Assembly (NCBI GenBank): GCA_025923455.1
Contig: JAICFW010000105.1
Span: forward strand, 458 to 64,457
Reading direction: 5' to 3'
Origin: Nitrososphaeraceae archaeon
GTDB lineage: Archaea > Thermoproteota > Nitrososphaeria > Nitrososphaerales > Nitrososphaeraceae
Length of the DNA: 64,000 nucleotides
The stretch's first letter is position 1; each line of letters starts with the position of its first letter. Below the pieces are notes generated by a model. The model did no database searches. It was not told the DNA's origin and was given only the letters and a program-made list of their open reading frames with translations. A program made the translations under genes and the position numbers. This document shows positions 20,058-32,418 of this stretch, piece by piece.

Positions 20058-20366
20058 CTATATTTCTACATACAATGTATCCTTCTCAATCGAAATCTTA
20101 TGACTCTGTAATGGTTTTAATTTTTGTGGAAATGAGATTAAATTACCTGTTTTTATATCCCATCTTGCGCCATGCCAAGGACAAGTCAATTCATTATTAT
20201 TTAATTCCCCTTCATGAAGGTCCGCTCCCGCGTGAGCGCAAACATTGTCCATTGCATAATAATTTCCATCCAATTTCGTTACTACTATTTCTTTCCCACC
20301 TGCTGTAATATGCATCAACTTTCCATCTTGAACTTCTGAAGTTTTACCAACAACAACCTTGGCCAT
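20058..20366 (-). CDS. Rieske [2Fe-2S] ferredoxin
   Basis: CAHAG (CxH) and CPWHG (CxxH) motifs. Confidence 0.93.
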   Translation of the reverse strand: MAKVVVGKTSEVQDGKLMHITAGGKEIVVTKLDGNYYAMDNVCAHAGADLHEGELNNNELTCPWHGARWDIKTGNLISFPQKLKPLQSHKISIEKDTLYVEI

Positions 20367-20481
20367 AGAGATAAAAATATCTCCGTATTATTTTAACCTA
20401 AGTTTCTCAAAATTTGTGCAATTTAGATATCTTAATATACAATATTTCAACTTTTCAAAGGTAATCAAGAATGAGGGCCAG

Positions 20482-21447
20482 ATGACAAATATTGAATATT
20501 CTGATCAGCTTGAATCGATTGCCAATAAGAATCTGACCTGGGTAGATATCCAAAAGCCTACTCGAAAAAAATTAAAATTACTGGAGGGAAAATATCCACT
20601 TCACGAATTAAATATTGAAGATTCTCTTTCAAAAATACAAATACCCAAAATTGACAAGTACCACGATCATATTTTCGTAATCTTGCATTTTCCGACCGTA
20701 GATAAAGATAAGAGTATCCCACGGTCGACTCAGCTCGCGATATTTGCAGGGCCCAACTATCTTATTACTGTACAGCAAGGAGAATTGAAACCCATACAGG
20801 AAATGTTCAATCTTTGTAAGGAAAATGAGAAACAAAGGGAGACATTTATGGGCTCATCCTCTGGTTACTTGCTGCACAGCATTATAGATTTAATGGTAGA
20901 TGATTTGCTACATGTTTTGATGAAGCTTGAGGGAAATTTGGATGATATAGAAGATTTAGTTTTCGATGAGAAAGTCGCAGTAGCTCGAGATATTTCACTA
21001 TTGAGAAGAGAGATAACAACCCTTAGAAGAGTAGTTGTTCCACTGAGGAGAATCATTTTGGAGTTAAGCAAAGAGATGCAAAGATTTTCTGAAGAAGATT
21101 TAACTGACTATTATGATGACGTAAAGGACCATGCTGAAAAGGTCCTTGAAGTTCTTGAAGAATCCAAAGAAACTGTAGAAATTTTTAAGGATACTGATTT
21201 CATGTTGAGTACTGAAAAATCAAACAAGATCTTGGCAACTCTTACGATTCTCTTTACCCTATCTATCCCTGCTACGGTAATCGGGGCTTATTATGGAATG
21301 AATGTTAATTTGCCTGGAGGTATTGTGACTGGTACTCCCGAATTTCTTGGACCTTTCACTTCATTCATAGTTTTACTAATAACCGCAATAGTACCCTCAT
21401 TAGTAATGGTTTGGTACTTTAAGAGATTAGGATGGTTTGGATGGTAG
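20482..21447 (+). CDS. corA: CorA family Mg2+/Co2+ transporter
   Basis: YYGMN signature between two C-terminal TM helices, plus IPKIDKY. The ATG at 20482 avoids overlap with the Rieske gene. Confidence 0.93.
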   Translation: MTNIEYSDQLESIANKNLTWVDIQKPTRKKLKLLEGKYPLHELNIEDSLSKIQIPKIDKYHDHIFVILHFPTVDKDKSIPRSTQLAIFAGPNYLITVQQGELKPIQEMFNLCKENEKQRETFMGSSSGYLLHSIIDLMVDDLLHVLMKLEGNLDDIEDLVFDEKVAVARDISLLRREITTLRRVVVPLRRIILELSKEMQRFSEEDLTDYYDDVKDHAEKVLEVLEESKETVEIFKDTDFMLSTEKSNKILATLTILFTLSIPATVIGAYYGMNVNLPGGIVTGTPEFLGPFTSFIVLLITAIVPSLVMVWYFKRLGWFGW

Positions 21448-21489
21448 TATGTTATTGATATGATTGTGCACTTACAACTACAGTTCGAT

Positions 21490-22290
21490 TCAATCTCTAC
21501 TTTCAACTAATGACTTCAAGTCAACATTGAAGAACGTTCGCAGGATGCCAATATATGATTCAACTGGGGGTGGAATCTCATCCTCACATGATACTTTCAT
21601 ATTCCAAGCGTTGATCCATATTATCATTGCATACAGGATATTGAGAAATCGCTTATACTGATCGGGTACAACCCCCAGGCTTTCCAAATACTTGTCGCCC
21701 AATATCCAAGACGCTGTAAAGTCAAGACACTTTTGACCATAGATGGCCTTAATCTGGCCTTCTATACTCTTAGCGTATTTAAACGGAGTTCGGGAAACAA
21801 AAAAGGGGAAATCTGTTTTATTAGGTATAACAAGGTCGGGGGGTGACCAGAGGGTAATAATTCTACTGCCCTTTTTTAATTCTGTAGAAAATTTCTGCAT
21901 CATTTGTTTTATCATCTTTTCATCATGAAACCAAAAAAGGAACACATTCCCATTAGAGATATCCACACTCCTTATGTCGCCGATTATTACTCTAGCATTT
22001 CTTATTGAACGGGTTTTTTCCAAAAGACCCGCAACTGATTTTTTTCGTTTTTCCACACCTATTGCTTTCTTGACTTTATACTCAGTCGATGCAATGTAAA
22101 CTGCATTACTATTCCCGCATCCGAGATCATAAAAAATATCTTTCTTGGACAGTCTCGCAAGTTTAAACATTCTCCTTATCACACCATCCGGCAAACTAAC
22201 ACTGTCACCTTTAACAACAGAAGTTGGCAGGGTAGAAATGAATTCATTAATATTCATTGTAAATCGTGTATCGGGTACAAGAATGCCCAC
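21490..22290 (-). CDS. SAM-dependent methyltransferase (DOT1-like Rossmann fold) with a lineage-specific C-terminus
   Basis: FYDLGCGN motif I, IGVEK, GDIRSVDIS and FLFWF. Confidence 0.8.
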   Translation of the reverse strand: MGILVPDTRFTMNINEFISTLPTSVVKGDSVSLPDGVIRRMFKLARLSKKDIFYDLGCGNSNAVYIASTEYKVKKAIGVEKRKKSVAGLLEKTRSIRNARVIIGDIRSVDISNGNVFLFWFHDEKMIKQMMQKFSTELKKGSRIITLWSPPDLVIPNKTDFPFFVSRTPFKYAKSIEGQIKAIYGQKCLDFTASWILGDKYLESLGVVPDQYKRFLNILYAMIIWINAWNMKVSCEDEIPPPVESYIGILRTFFNVDLKSLVESRD

Positions 22291-22353
22291 TTATTATATA
22301 AAAATGGAACTGTGATAATAGTCCAATTAGTGTATCCTGAATAAGCATAATGT

Positions 22354-22554
22354 TTGATAAAGTTAATAATGGACATTGGGATATTCTTCTTTGTGAACTG
22401 TCATTACTGTGGGCATAACTACATAGCTCATCAACTCGAAGGGAATAAGAATAGACAATACTCTCTGTTTGATGGTGGTAGATGTCTGATAATGGGGTGC
22501 GGTTGCTCCAGTTATATCGATAAAATTGAAAAGATAGACGAAGAATTATTATGA
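22354..22554 (+). CDS. Small Cys/His-rich putative zinc-binding protein
   Basis: CHYCGHNYIAH...DGGRCLIMGCGC. Possible GTG start at 22393. Confidence 0.65.
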   Translation: MIKLIMDIGIFFFVNCHYCGHNYIAHQLEGNKNRQYSLFDGGRCLIMGCGCSSYIDKIEKIDEELL

Positions 22555-22655
22555 ACGGAGCTTTCTCAAATCTGAATACGCTGGAAATAGTTTCTACTGA
22601 TTCACTGTACTGTGGTTTAGTAAATAGACCATGATTCACTAGTAGATGGATCAAA

Positions 22656-23102
22656 ATGAATAACACCAAATTTTTGAATATACTGTTACCTTTCATATCT
22701 TTGAGTCTAATTTATTCGACCATGCTCATTGGTGTCTATGTTTCTTCTCTGAATAGGGGTGTGGCATGCCCTGATTGGCCCCTATGTCCAAACGGATTTG
22801 CGTTTCCTCCAGAGAAATTTTTCTACGAACATTTTCATAGACTTGTTGCAATAGTTGCTGCTATTTTTACTGGCGTCGCTTTGATTTTCATCAGAAAAAG
22901 CCTTTGGAAATTGAATAAACTGATTGTCATAATAGTTACCTCACTGATTATTGTCCAAATTATCATGGGCATCTTTGTCATTTCAAGTAAATTGAATTCT
23001 GTAATTGTTGCAGTACATCTCTCTACAGCAGTAACAATTTTTTCGCTTATTTTTGTACTGCTAAGGGAATCATATCTTGAAATCAAGAAAGGAAGAATAT
23101 AG
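22656..23102 (+). CDS. ctaA: Short-type heme A synthase (COX15/CtaA family)
   Basis: GVACPDWPLC, FYEHFHRL and VHL motifs. Four TM segments, 148 aa. Confidence 0.85.
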   Translation: MNNTKFLNILLPFISLSLIYSTMLIGVYVSSLNRGVACPDWPLCPNGFAFPPEKFFYEHFHRLVAIVAAIFTGVALIFIRKSLWKLNKLIVIIVTSLIIVQIIMGIFVISSKLNSVIVAVHLSTAVTIFSLIFVLLRESYLEIKKGRI

Positions 23103-23171
23103 AATTAATGAATAGCAATGATTTCAGAAATTCAAAATAATGGTTGTATTGATGGGTAGTAATGGTATTCC

Positions 23172-23864
23172 ATGATAAAATATATTTTTTTTGTTGGAAG
23201 AATACTAATAGACGAGGAAAATTTTTATTCATATATTGATTCTAGATTAATTTACCTATTAAATCAATTTGGGGCAAAAATTGATTATAGAAATTATTTT
23301 GCAATAAAGGACGATATCATAAAGAATAGAAAGTTGTCAAACGGCAGTGTCGAAGAGTTAGTGACTCAAATATGCATGGTCCTAATGCCTAAGGGATATG
23401 AAAAAATGATTTTGAGGTACATCCTACCTTCAATAGAATTTGCAAAGAAACACCTATTGTATCCTTATGATGACACAATGGCCACGATAGAAAAACTTGC
23501 CAAAAATTTTAGAATAGGGATAATTGGCAGTGAGAGCGAATATTCAAAAATTTTGAAAACCTACGGAATAGGCAGGTACATTAATTGTTGTGTCTTATCT
23601 TACAAAGAAAATAATGAACCCGACAGAGAAATCTTTGGTTTGATTTTAAATATGTTGGCTATTAAATCCCACGAAACTTTACTTGTTGGTGATAGACTTG
23701 ACTTACATATTCATCTTGCAAATGCGTTGGGGACGATTTCAATTAGGTTTTATAAAACCATATTCAATTTACAGGAAGCTACGAACCAAAATGAAGTTCC
23801 AAAACTAACCATCAATAAACTTAACGAACTTGCCAACACCGACTATATGATGGACCAAATTTGA
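23172..23864 (+). CDS. HAD-superfamily protein with degenerate catalytic motifs
   Basis: HAD fold cues (EPDREIF, LLVGDRLD), but motif I reads FFVGRILID with no nucleophilic Asp. Confidence 0.7.
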   Translation: MIKYIFFVGRILIDEENFYSYIDSRLIYLLNQFGAKIDYRNYFAIKDDIIKNRKLSNGSVEELVTQICMVLMPKGYEKMILRYILPSIEFAKKHLLYPYDDTMATIEKLAKNFRIGIIGSESEYSKILKTYGIGRYINCCVLSYKENNEPDREIFGLILNMLAIKSHETLLVGDRLDLHIHLANALGTISIRFYKTIFNLQEATNQNEVPKLTINKLNELANTDYMMDQI

Positions 23865-23879
23865 AAGACTAGCTTGAAT

Positions 23880-24329
23880 CTAATGACCCTTTTCGGACTG
23901 TTCTTTTATGCTTTTGAATACCCTCATCATTTCACTTTTTTCTAGCCTATGGTTTGAAGTAAACATGGAATGAATTGTACCTCCTCCATCGCCAGGCTTC
24001 CTTGGGACTATATGCAAATGTACATGTGGTATCTCTTGTCCTGAATCTTTACCATTATGTATCGATAGTAACGTGCCTTGTACATTGGTTCCTTCTTCTA
24101 TGAATGGTAGTATATTGTATGCCAATCTAAACAGATTGATAATCTCATCAAATTCAACATCTTGTAATTTTGCATAATGATTTTTAGTAATAACCAGAGT
24201 ATGTCCTGCAGTCAGTGGAAATGCATCAAGAAAAGCAATTGCGTTTTCATTTTCGGCTATAATATTGACCTCAATTTTCCTTTGTCTAATCTTGCAAAAT
24301 ATACATTCGCCGTCGATTTTTGCATTCAT
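23880..24329 (-). CDS. HIT family nucleotide hydrolase
   Basis: CIFCKI, AFLDAFP..GHTLVI and HVHLHIVPR motifs. Confidence 0.95.
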   Translation of the reverse strand: MNAKIDGECIFCKIRQRKIEVNIIAENENAIAFLDAFPLTAGHTLVITKNHYAKLQDVEFDEIINLFRLAYNILPFIEEGTNVQGTLLSIHNGKDSGQEIPHVHLHIVPRKPGDGGGTIHSMFTSNHRLEKSEMMRVFKSIKEQSEKGH

Positions 24330-24396
24330 GTTATTTATCAGTCCCTTCCACTAATAAAATATTACCACATCTGAAATAAATTTTTGATAAAAATAT

Positions 24397-25761
24397 TCAA
24401 GCTGTATGATTGAAAAGCGATGTAATGTGCTTTGCTGCAACATATTTATTGATATTATTATTAATGGTAACCATAGGCCGTTCTTTGTCATTCACAAATC
24501 CAATAATCTGAGGATTGAAGTTATGTTTCTTCAGGTCTTCCAAAATTAGGGGGGCCAAATCCTCACTTGTTACTATCAAGTGACATCCATTAATCGCTGC
24601 TGTTGAATTTGAAACAAGGAATTCATCTGTCGCAAATCTTGCCAACTCCTCATGCTTTATTGGTACTTCATTAATAACCAAGTGGGCATTTGCCACTTTG
24701 GCTAAATTAATTAATGCCAAGATGCCGTCAGAACCAACAGGATAAACGCCAATAATATTACCATTTGTATCCACCTCTTTTCCAAATTCAGTACAGTATT
24801 TTGAAATTATCTTACCCAAGGAAAATCTGGGTTGAGTTAAAGATTTTATTATTTCATTCTTGATTGAGATATCAATTGGTTCATGCTTACTCAAAATGGA
24901 GTTGATTTCGCCAATCCGATTTATTGTGTAGATGCTCAGAGGAGTTAATGAACCGAACTTGTCTGTCAATATCAATACCATCCCTGATTGAATGAGATCA
25001 TATCTTGTGGGTAATTCCTTTGTGGAATGGGCATAAGCTGTTGCCCCATAGAACAATTTTCCTAATTTAAGAGAACTATAGTCATCGAGTAACAAATTAT
25101 ACTTTGCCGCAAACTTATCACTGTTTGTTCTTATACTATCCAACAAACCTTCATCTGGCGCATCGTAAATTGGTAATATTTTAAAACCCGAAGTACATCC
25201 TAGTAAAAGTAGATTTTCGATGGCTGAGGCAAGGGCAATTGAAGTGTTTATCATAGAATCCGGTTCCTCATCGGGATCGATTAATTTACCCGATGATATA
25301 TTGACTGCCGTATATCCCAACTTATTTCCTCTATGTGTGTCAATGTAATCAACAAGTCCAAATTGTGATTCAAATTGCGATGTAGTTGAAAGCACGACTC
25401 TCTTTAACTGATGTTTGGGAGGTTTTTTACCATAGAAATTGTCAAGTAATTGGGTCAGACTTTGTTCATCTTCTGCTACTTCATTGTGAATCCTCATTAG
25501 CGAAATAATTTTCTTGTTTTTCAAATCCTCAGAAATTGATTCGTTAACATTGTATATCCTGCGGGTTATATCGGGACTCTTTCCGCTATAGTGAAATGAA
25601 TCAAACCACGACAGATCGCCCCAAGAATTATGTTTTATCTTTTTAAAAGATTTCTCTAGGGAAAAAAAATCAACTTCGTTAGAGCAATTTGATATCCAGC
25701 CGATTGGATCAAAGCCTAAATTCTGATATTTGAATATATTTTGCCAAAAATCATGAGTCAA
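24397..25761 (-). CDS. SelD-related (AIR-synthase/PurM fold) protein, putative sulfur metabolism
   Basis: DPIGWISNCSNEVD in the position of the SelD Cys loop, DYIDT, and DGILAL...NGCHLI PurM-C-like segments. Divergent from cysH-sat. Confidence 0.65.
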   Translation of the reverse strand: MTHDFWQNIFKYQNLGFDPIGWISNCSNEVDFFSLEKSFKKIKHNSWGDLSWFDSFHYSGKSPDITRRIYNVNESISEDLKNKKIISLMRIHNEVAEDEQSLTQLLDNFYGKKPPKHQLKRVVLSTTSQFESQFGLVDYIDTHRGNKLGYTAVNISSGKLIDPDEEPDSMINTSIALASAIENLLLLGCTSGFKILPIYDAPDEGLLDSIRTNSDKFAAKYNLLLDDYSSLKLGKLFYGATAYAHSTKELPTRYDLIQSGMVLILTDKFGSLTPLSIYTINRIGEINSILSKHEPIDISIKNEIIKSLTQPRFSLGKIISKYCTEFGKEVDTNGNIIGVYPVGSDGILALINLAKVANAHLVINEVPIKHEELARFATDEFLVSNSTAAINGCHLIVTSEDLAPLILEDLKKHNFNPQIIGFVNDKERPMVTINNNINKYVAAKHITSLFNHTA

Positions 25762-25898
25762 AAACTAAAGCCCCCACACACCACTCATATACAACACTAA
25801 TAATGAATCTTCCTAATGGATAAAACTCCTCAACTATATTTAAGTAGTCTGATAAAAAGAATAATAATTATAAGCCTAAAATTCTCAAATTACAAATA

Positions 25899-26651
25899 AT
25901 GCAGATAAATCATGATAAAAAAAAGGTACATGATTCGTTATTAAACGAAATAGAAAACATTGAGGAGATGGAAACCAAATCTGCCCCTGAGATACTAAAT
26001 TGGGGATTTGAGAAATTTGGAGATAAAATGGTGCTCGCTTCAAGCTTTGGAGCTGAAGACGTTGTATTGATTGATATGATGTGCAAAATCAATAGAAATC
26101 TTACTAGAGTATTTACGTTGGATACTGGTAGACTTAACCAGGAAACATATGATCTTATTGATAAAATTAGAAAAAAATATGACATTATTGTAGATGTATA
26201 TTTTCCGAACGCAAGTGATATTGAAAAGATGGTCGCAAGCAAGGGAATGAATCTGATGTATCAAAGCATTGAAAATAGGAAACTTTGTTGCAACCTTAGA
26301 AAGATTGAACCGTTGAAAAGAGCACTTAAACAGTTCGATTGCTGGATTACAGGATTACGTCGACAACAAACCATGACTAGGAGTAAGATACTGAAGATTG
26401 AAGTTGACTCCTTGAACAATAACATTATTAAATTGAATCCGTTGGCCGACTGGACTAATGATGAAATATGGAAGCATATTCACGAAAATAAAATCCCGTA
26501 TAATGAATTACACGATAAAGGTTATCCAAGCATTGGCTGTGAACCTTGCACTAGGGCTATTAAGGATGGTGAGGATCCTCGGGCTGGAAGGTGGTGGTGG
26601 GAAAATGATGCCCATAAGGAATGCGGTTTACACTGGAAAGAAGGTAAATAA
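25899..26651 (+). CDS. cysH: Adenosine 5'-phosphosulfate/PAPS reductase (CysH), Fe-S type
   Basis: SSFGAED, LDTG, CCNLRKIEPL, WITGLRR, YPSIGCEPCT and ECGLH motifs. Confidence 0.95.
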   Translation: MQINHDKKKVHDSLLNEIENIEEMETKSAPEILNWGFEKFGDKMVLASSFGAEDVVLIDMMCKINRNLTRVFTLDTGRLNQETYDLIDKIRKKYDIIVDVYFPNASDIEKMVASKGMNLMYQSIENRKLCCNLRKIEPLKRALKQFDCWITGLRRQQTMTRSKILKIEVDSLNNNIIKLNPLADWTNDEIWKHIHENKIPYNELHDKGYPSIGCEPCTRAIKDGEDPRAGRWWWENDAHKECGLHWKEGK

Positions 26652-26657
26652 ATACTA

Positions 26658-27797
26658 TTGTCAACTAATTTAATTTTACCACACGGTGGTAAATTAATCA
26701 ATAAACAAACTAAAAGAAATCATGATGATCTAAAATCGTTCGAGGTGTCTCTCGATATTAGAACAGATGCTGAAAATATAGCTACAGGGGTTTTTAGTCC
26801 ACTTGAAGGTTTCATGACTCAAGAAGATTTTCTAAACGTGCTTAACGAAGGACGATTGAGTAACGGTATTCCATGGACCATTCCCATCATTGTTGATACG
26901 AAAAAAGAAGTCGCCGAGCATATGAAGGATCTAGGTGATATTGTTCTTGGTTCAGATGGCCAAGAATTTGCTATACTTCACGTTGACGAAATCTATGCTT
27001 ACAACAAGGATGATATTGCAACTGCAGTATATGGTACCAACGATGTTAACCATCCTGGTGTAAACAGACTCTCTAAAATGCATGAATTCCTAGTAGGCGG
27101 AAAAATGGAAGTTTTTCAAATGAAGGAACATGATAAGATCCAAAAGTTTAGGATGCATCCAACAGAAACTCGTGCAGAAATTGTCAAGAGAGGCTGGAAG
27201 ACTGTGGTAGGTTTTCAAACAAGGAATGTGCCGCACGTTGCCCATGAAATGTTACAGAAGGCCGCTTTGAACATATACGATGGTTTGTTTGTCAATCCGT
27301 TAATTGGCAAAAAAAAGATAGGCGATTTTACAGATAGTTTGATAATAGATGCATATGAGTCATTAATCAGGAATTATTTTCCCAAAAATAGGGTATTGTT
27401 TTCAACAATCCATACATTGATGAGGTATGCGGGTCCACGTGAAGCTATTCACCACGCTATCATGCGGAAGAATTTTGGATGCACACACTTCATAGTAGGC
27501 AGGGATCATGCCGGTGTGGGCGACTATTATCAACCATTTGCAGCTCAAGAAATATTCAACGAATATCCTGATCTGGAAATTGAGCCAGTTGTCTTTCCAT
27601 CATTTTATTTTTGCAAAACATGTATGTCCTATGCCAACGAAAAGACTTGTCCCCATGGTGCAGAGTCAAAAGAGGAGCTGAGTGGCACTATGATTCGAAA
27701 AATGGTAAATTCAGGTAAAGTACCAGAAAAGCATTTAATGCGTCCAGAAATTTCTGATTTAATTCTTAGATCAGAAAAACCATTTGTAGTTGATTAG
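26658..27797 (+). CDS. sat: Sulfate adenylyltransferase
   Basis: PHGG, FSPLEGF, FQTRNVPH.AHE, MRYAGPREA and GRDHAGVG motifs. Confidence 0.97.
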   Translation: MSTNLILPHGGKLINKQTKRNHDDLKSFEVSLDIRTDAENIATGVFSPLEGFMTQEDFLNVLNEGRLSNGIPWTIPIIVDTKKEVAEHMKDLGDIVLGSDGQEFAILHVDEIYAYNKDDIATAVYGTNDVNHPGVNRLSKMHEFLVGGKMEVFQMKEHDKIQKFRMHPTETRAEIVKRGWKTVVGFQTRNVPHVAHEMLQKAALNIYDGLFVNPLIGKKKIGDFTDSLIIDAYESLIRNYFPKNRVLFSTIHTLMRYAGPREAIHHAIMRKNFGCTHFIVGRDHAGVGDYYQPFAAQEIFNEYPDLEIEPVVFPSFYFCKTCMSYANEKTCPHGAESKEELSGTMIRKMVNSGKVPEKHLMRPEISDLILRSEKPFVVD

Positions 27798-27799
27798 GC

Positions 27800-28495
27800 T
27801 TGATTGGAACACTGAGAGTTGGATTAATTTTCGCGGTATTGTTGATAGTATACCCCACGTTTACAATCAATGCACAGAGTGTTGTTCACGATGTAATCAA
27901 AACAAAAAATTCAGAAAGATTTGATGTTGATTACAATGCATCCAATACTTTTCGAAGACAACCTGTGGTCTATCAATTTTCACAACCAATACAAACAAAT
28001 TGGCAATTTACAATTCAAAACAACCTGTCCTATCTAGATAGCGCTGATGCAAAGAGTGTAATAAAGATCAAAGAGCCTGCGCCGAGCGAGAAATTCATAG
28101 AACTTGCCATGTTTAGTGAAAAAACTGGAAAATTCTGGGCAGCCATCAATACAAACGAATCGGGATATATCAAAGTATATGAGCGTGATCAGGACGGCTG
28201 GTCTAGGGATCAACCCATTTTTGTAGCGCATGCAAACAACCAGGGTCTAACCATAACAAATGGCAAGAGAATAATAATTGACAAGCTATCAATAGATGAT
28301 TTTGTTGTTGGTTCGGTATCAATATATGGTAAAGATGAATTAACAAGTCCAGACAATTCAAACGCTGGTACTATTTCATTCGATATCATATTTGGTAATC
28401 CTGCGGAATCTCCACTATATTTCGTACCATTAATAACCATCATAGCTATTGGATTAATAGTACTTGTTTTGCTTATCAGAAAAAAACGGGATTAG
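27800..28495 (+). CDS. Hypothetical protein with signal peptide and C-terminal membrane anchor
   Basis: N-terminal hydrophobic signal and C-terminal TM helix ending RKKRD. Confidence 0.75.
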   Translation: MIGTLRVGLIFAVLLIVYPTFTINAQSVVHDVIKTKNSERFDVDYNASNTFRRQPVVYQFSQPIQTNWQFTIQNNLSYLDSADAKSVIKIKEPAPSEKFIELAMFSEKTGKFWAAINTNESGYIKVYERDQDGWSRDQPIFVAHANNQGLTITNGKRIIIDKLSIDDFVVGSVSIYGKDELTSPDNSNAGTISFDIIFGNPAESPLYFVPLITIIAIGLIVLVLLIRKKRD

Positions 28496-29151
28496 TTATT
28501 AGTTTCGTAGTATTTGCATAGTTTTGTTAAGCGACAGACATTACATTTTGGTTTAATTGGCAAGCAAACGTTTTGACCAAAAACAACAAAGGTTTCATTC
28601 ACTGCAATCCAATACTTTCTATTTATTGATTTTTGAAGGACAATTTCAGTCTCTTCCGGTTTTTTGGTATTAACTATCCCAATTCTATTGGAAATTCTAT
28701 GCACATGAACGTCCACTGGAATCGCTGGTTTTCTAAACCCGTATACCAGTACACAATTTGCAGTTTTTCTTCCTACACCTGGGAATGAAAGGAGATCTTC
28801 TAGATTGGGAGGGACCTTGCTATTGTATTTATCCACTAATATTTTTGACACCTCCTTTATTCTAGCTGCCTTTACATTATAGAAGCCTATTTTCTGAATC
28901 AATTCCTTTATTTCCTTCAAATTTGCTCTCGATAACTCCTCGGGATTCTTGAATTTGGAAAAGAGCATTTTAATTACGTTTGTGGTAGTTTCATCTCTAG
29001 TACGAGCCGACAATATAGTTCCTATCAATATTTTATAGGGATCCCCATCTTCTTGAGTCTGCAAGTTTTTCAATGCAGTGGCTCTGACGAGATTGTTATT
29101 GCGTAGAGTACTTTGCATTAACGAAATTATCTTTCCAAATTTTAAAGTCAT
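28492..29151 (-). CDS. nth: Endonuclease III (HhH-GPD DNA glycosylase)
   Basis: LSARTRD, LLSFPGVGRKTA, PVDVHVHR and C-x6-C-x2-C-x5-C Fe-S motif. Confidence 0.96.
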   Translation of the reverse strand: MTLKFGKIISLMQSTLRNNNLVRATALKNLQTQEDGDPYKILIGTILSARTRDETTTNVIKMLFSKFKNPEELSRANLKEIKELIQKIGFYNVKAARIKEVSKILVDKYNSKVPPNLEDLLSFPGVGRKTANCVLVYGFRKPAIPVDVHVHRISNRIGIVNTKKPEETEIVLQKSINRKYWIAVNETFVVFGQNVCLPIKPKCNVCRLTKLCKYYETNN

Positions 29152-29215
29152 GTTCCTAACTAATTAGTATTAAGAATATGAATAACGTTACAAAAATGTT
29201 TTTGGAATGAAATGA

Positions 29216-29947
29216 TTATTCCTTCTTTTGTTTTACTCTGGCTCTACCAGTCTTTCGTGGTGCGATGTTACCTACTTTTCTACCTGGAGGAGTTGTTCTG
29301 CCCACTGATGATTGACGACCTACGTGTTGATGTCTTCCACCGCCGTGTGGGTGGTAAACAGCAGCTTGTGCTATACCTCTTACCTTTGGATATAATTTGC
29401 CATGAGCAGTCATGTATTTTTGCTTGTTTCCAGCTTTAAGGAATGGCTTTTCTTTTCTTCCGGCGCCAGAAATAACTCCAATCATTGCCTTGCATCTTGG
29501 GTTTAATGTTGTAAATTTCCCCGAGGGTAACTTTATAGACACACCTTGAGAAGTATGAGAAAAAACAATAGCTGACGATCCAGCAGATTTGACAAGTTTT
29601 CCTCCATCGCCAATGTTCTTTTCCAGATTACAAATAAGGGTGCCGTCAGGAATAGATTCTAGTGGTAAAATATTGTTAGGTTTGAATTCAACATTGTCTC
29701 CAATTTGAATTTTTCCTCCTACTTCCAAACCATCAGGGGCGGGCACATAGCTAATTTCTTTATCAAATTCAACTTTGGCTAATGGGGCATCTCTCCCTCG
29801 TTCATGAACAATGTCAACTATAGAACCAACTTTTTGTTCGGATGATTGTAAATTCGGATATTTGGCAGGCACAATTTTTCCTGTTTTTATGGCCTGAAAC
29901 TGTTTGCCTCCTCTTCCCCTTCTACGTACTAATGTTCTTTTACCCAA
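29216..29947 (-). CDS. rpl2: 50S ribosomal protein L2
   Basis: MGKR..RRRGRG, HERGRDAP, HPHGGG and GRKVG motifs. Confidence 0.98.
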   Translation of the reverse strand: MGKRTLVRRRGRGGKQFQAIKTGKIVPAKYPNLQSSEQKVGSIVDIVHERGRDAPLAKVEFDKEISYVPAPDGLEVGGKIQIGDNVEFKPNNILPLESIPDGTLICNLEKNIGDGGKLVKSAGSSAIVFSHTSQGVSIKLPSGKFTTLNPRCKAMIGVISGAGRKEKPFLKAGNKQKYMTAHGKLYPKVRGIAQAAVYHPHGGGRHQHVGRQSSVGRTTPPGRKVGNIAPRKTGRARVKQKKE

Positions 29948-30144
29948 AACAGTCCAATCAAATAGGGAATATCATCAAGATTTGAATCTTTTGGTATGCG
30001 GTAGATTGAGATAGGCAAATTAAAGATGAACCTGTTTCAATTCGTTTCTTGTACTCTAAGGATCGTGAAGTGAAACAATTTTCGGTTTAACATAGTACTA
30101 ACATACCTTATTTTTTCCGATGTTTTACTAGAGAAGATTTTTGA

Positions 30145-32364
<2,220 letters not shown>

Positions 32365-32418
32365 TACCCGTTACTATTTTTTCATTTTTTAGGATTCGAC
32401 TGATGATAAAAGATACTA

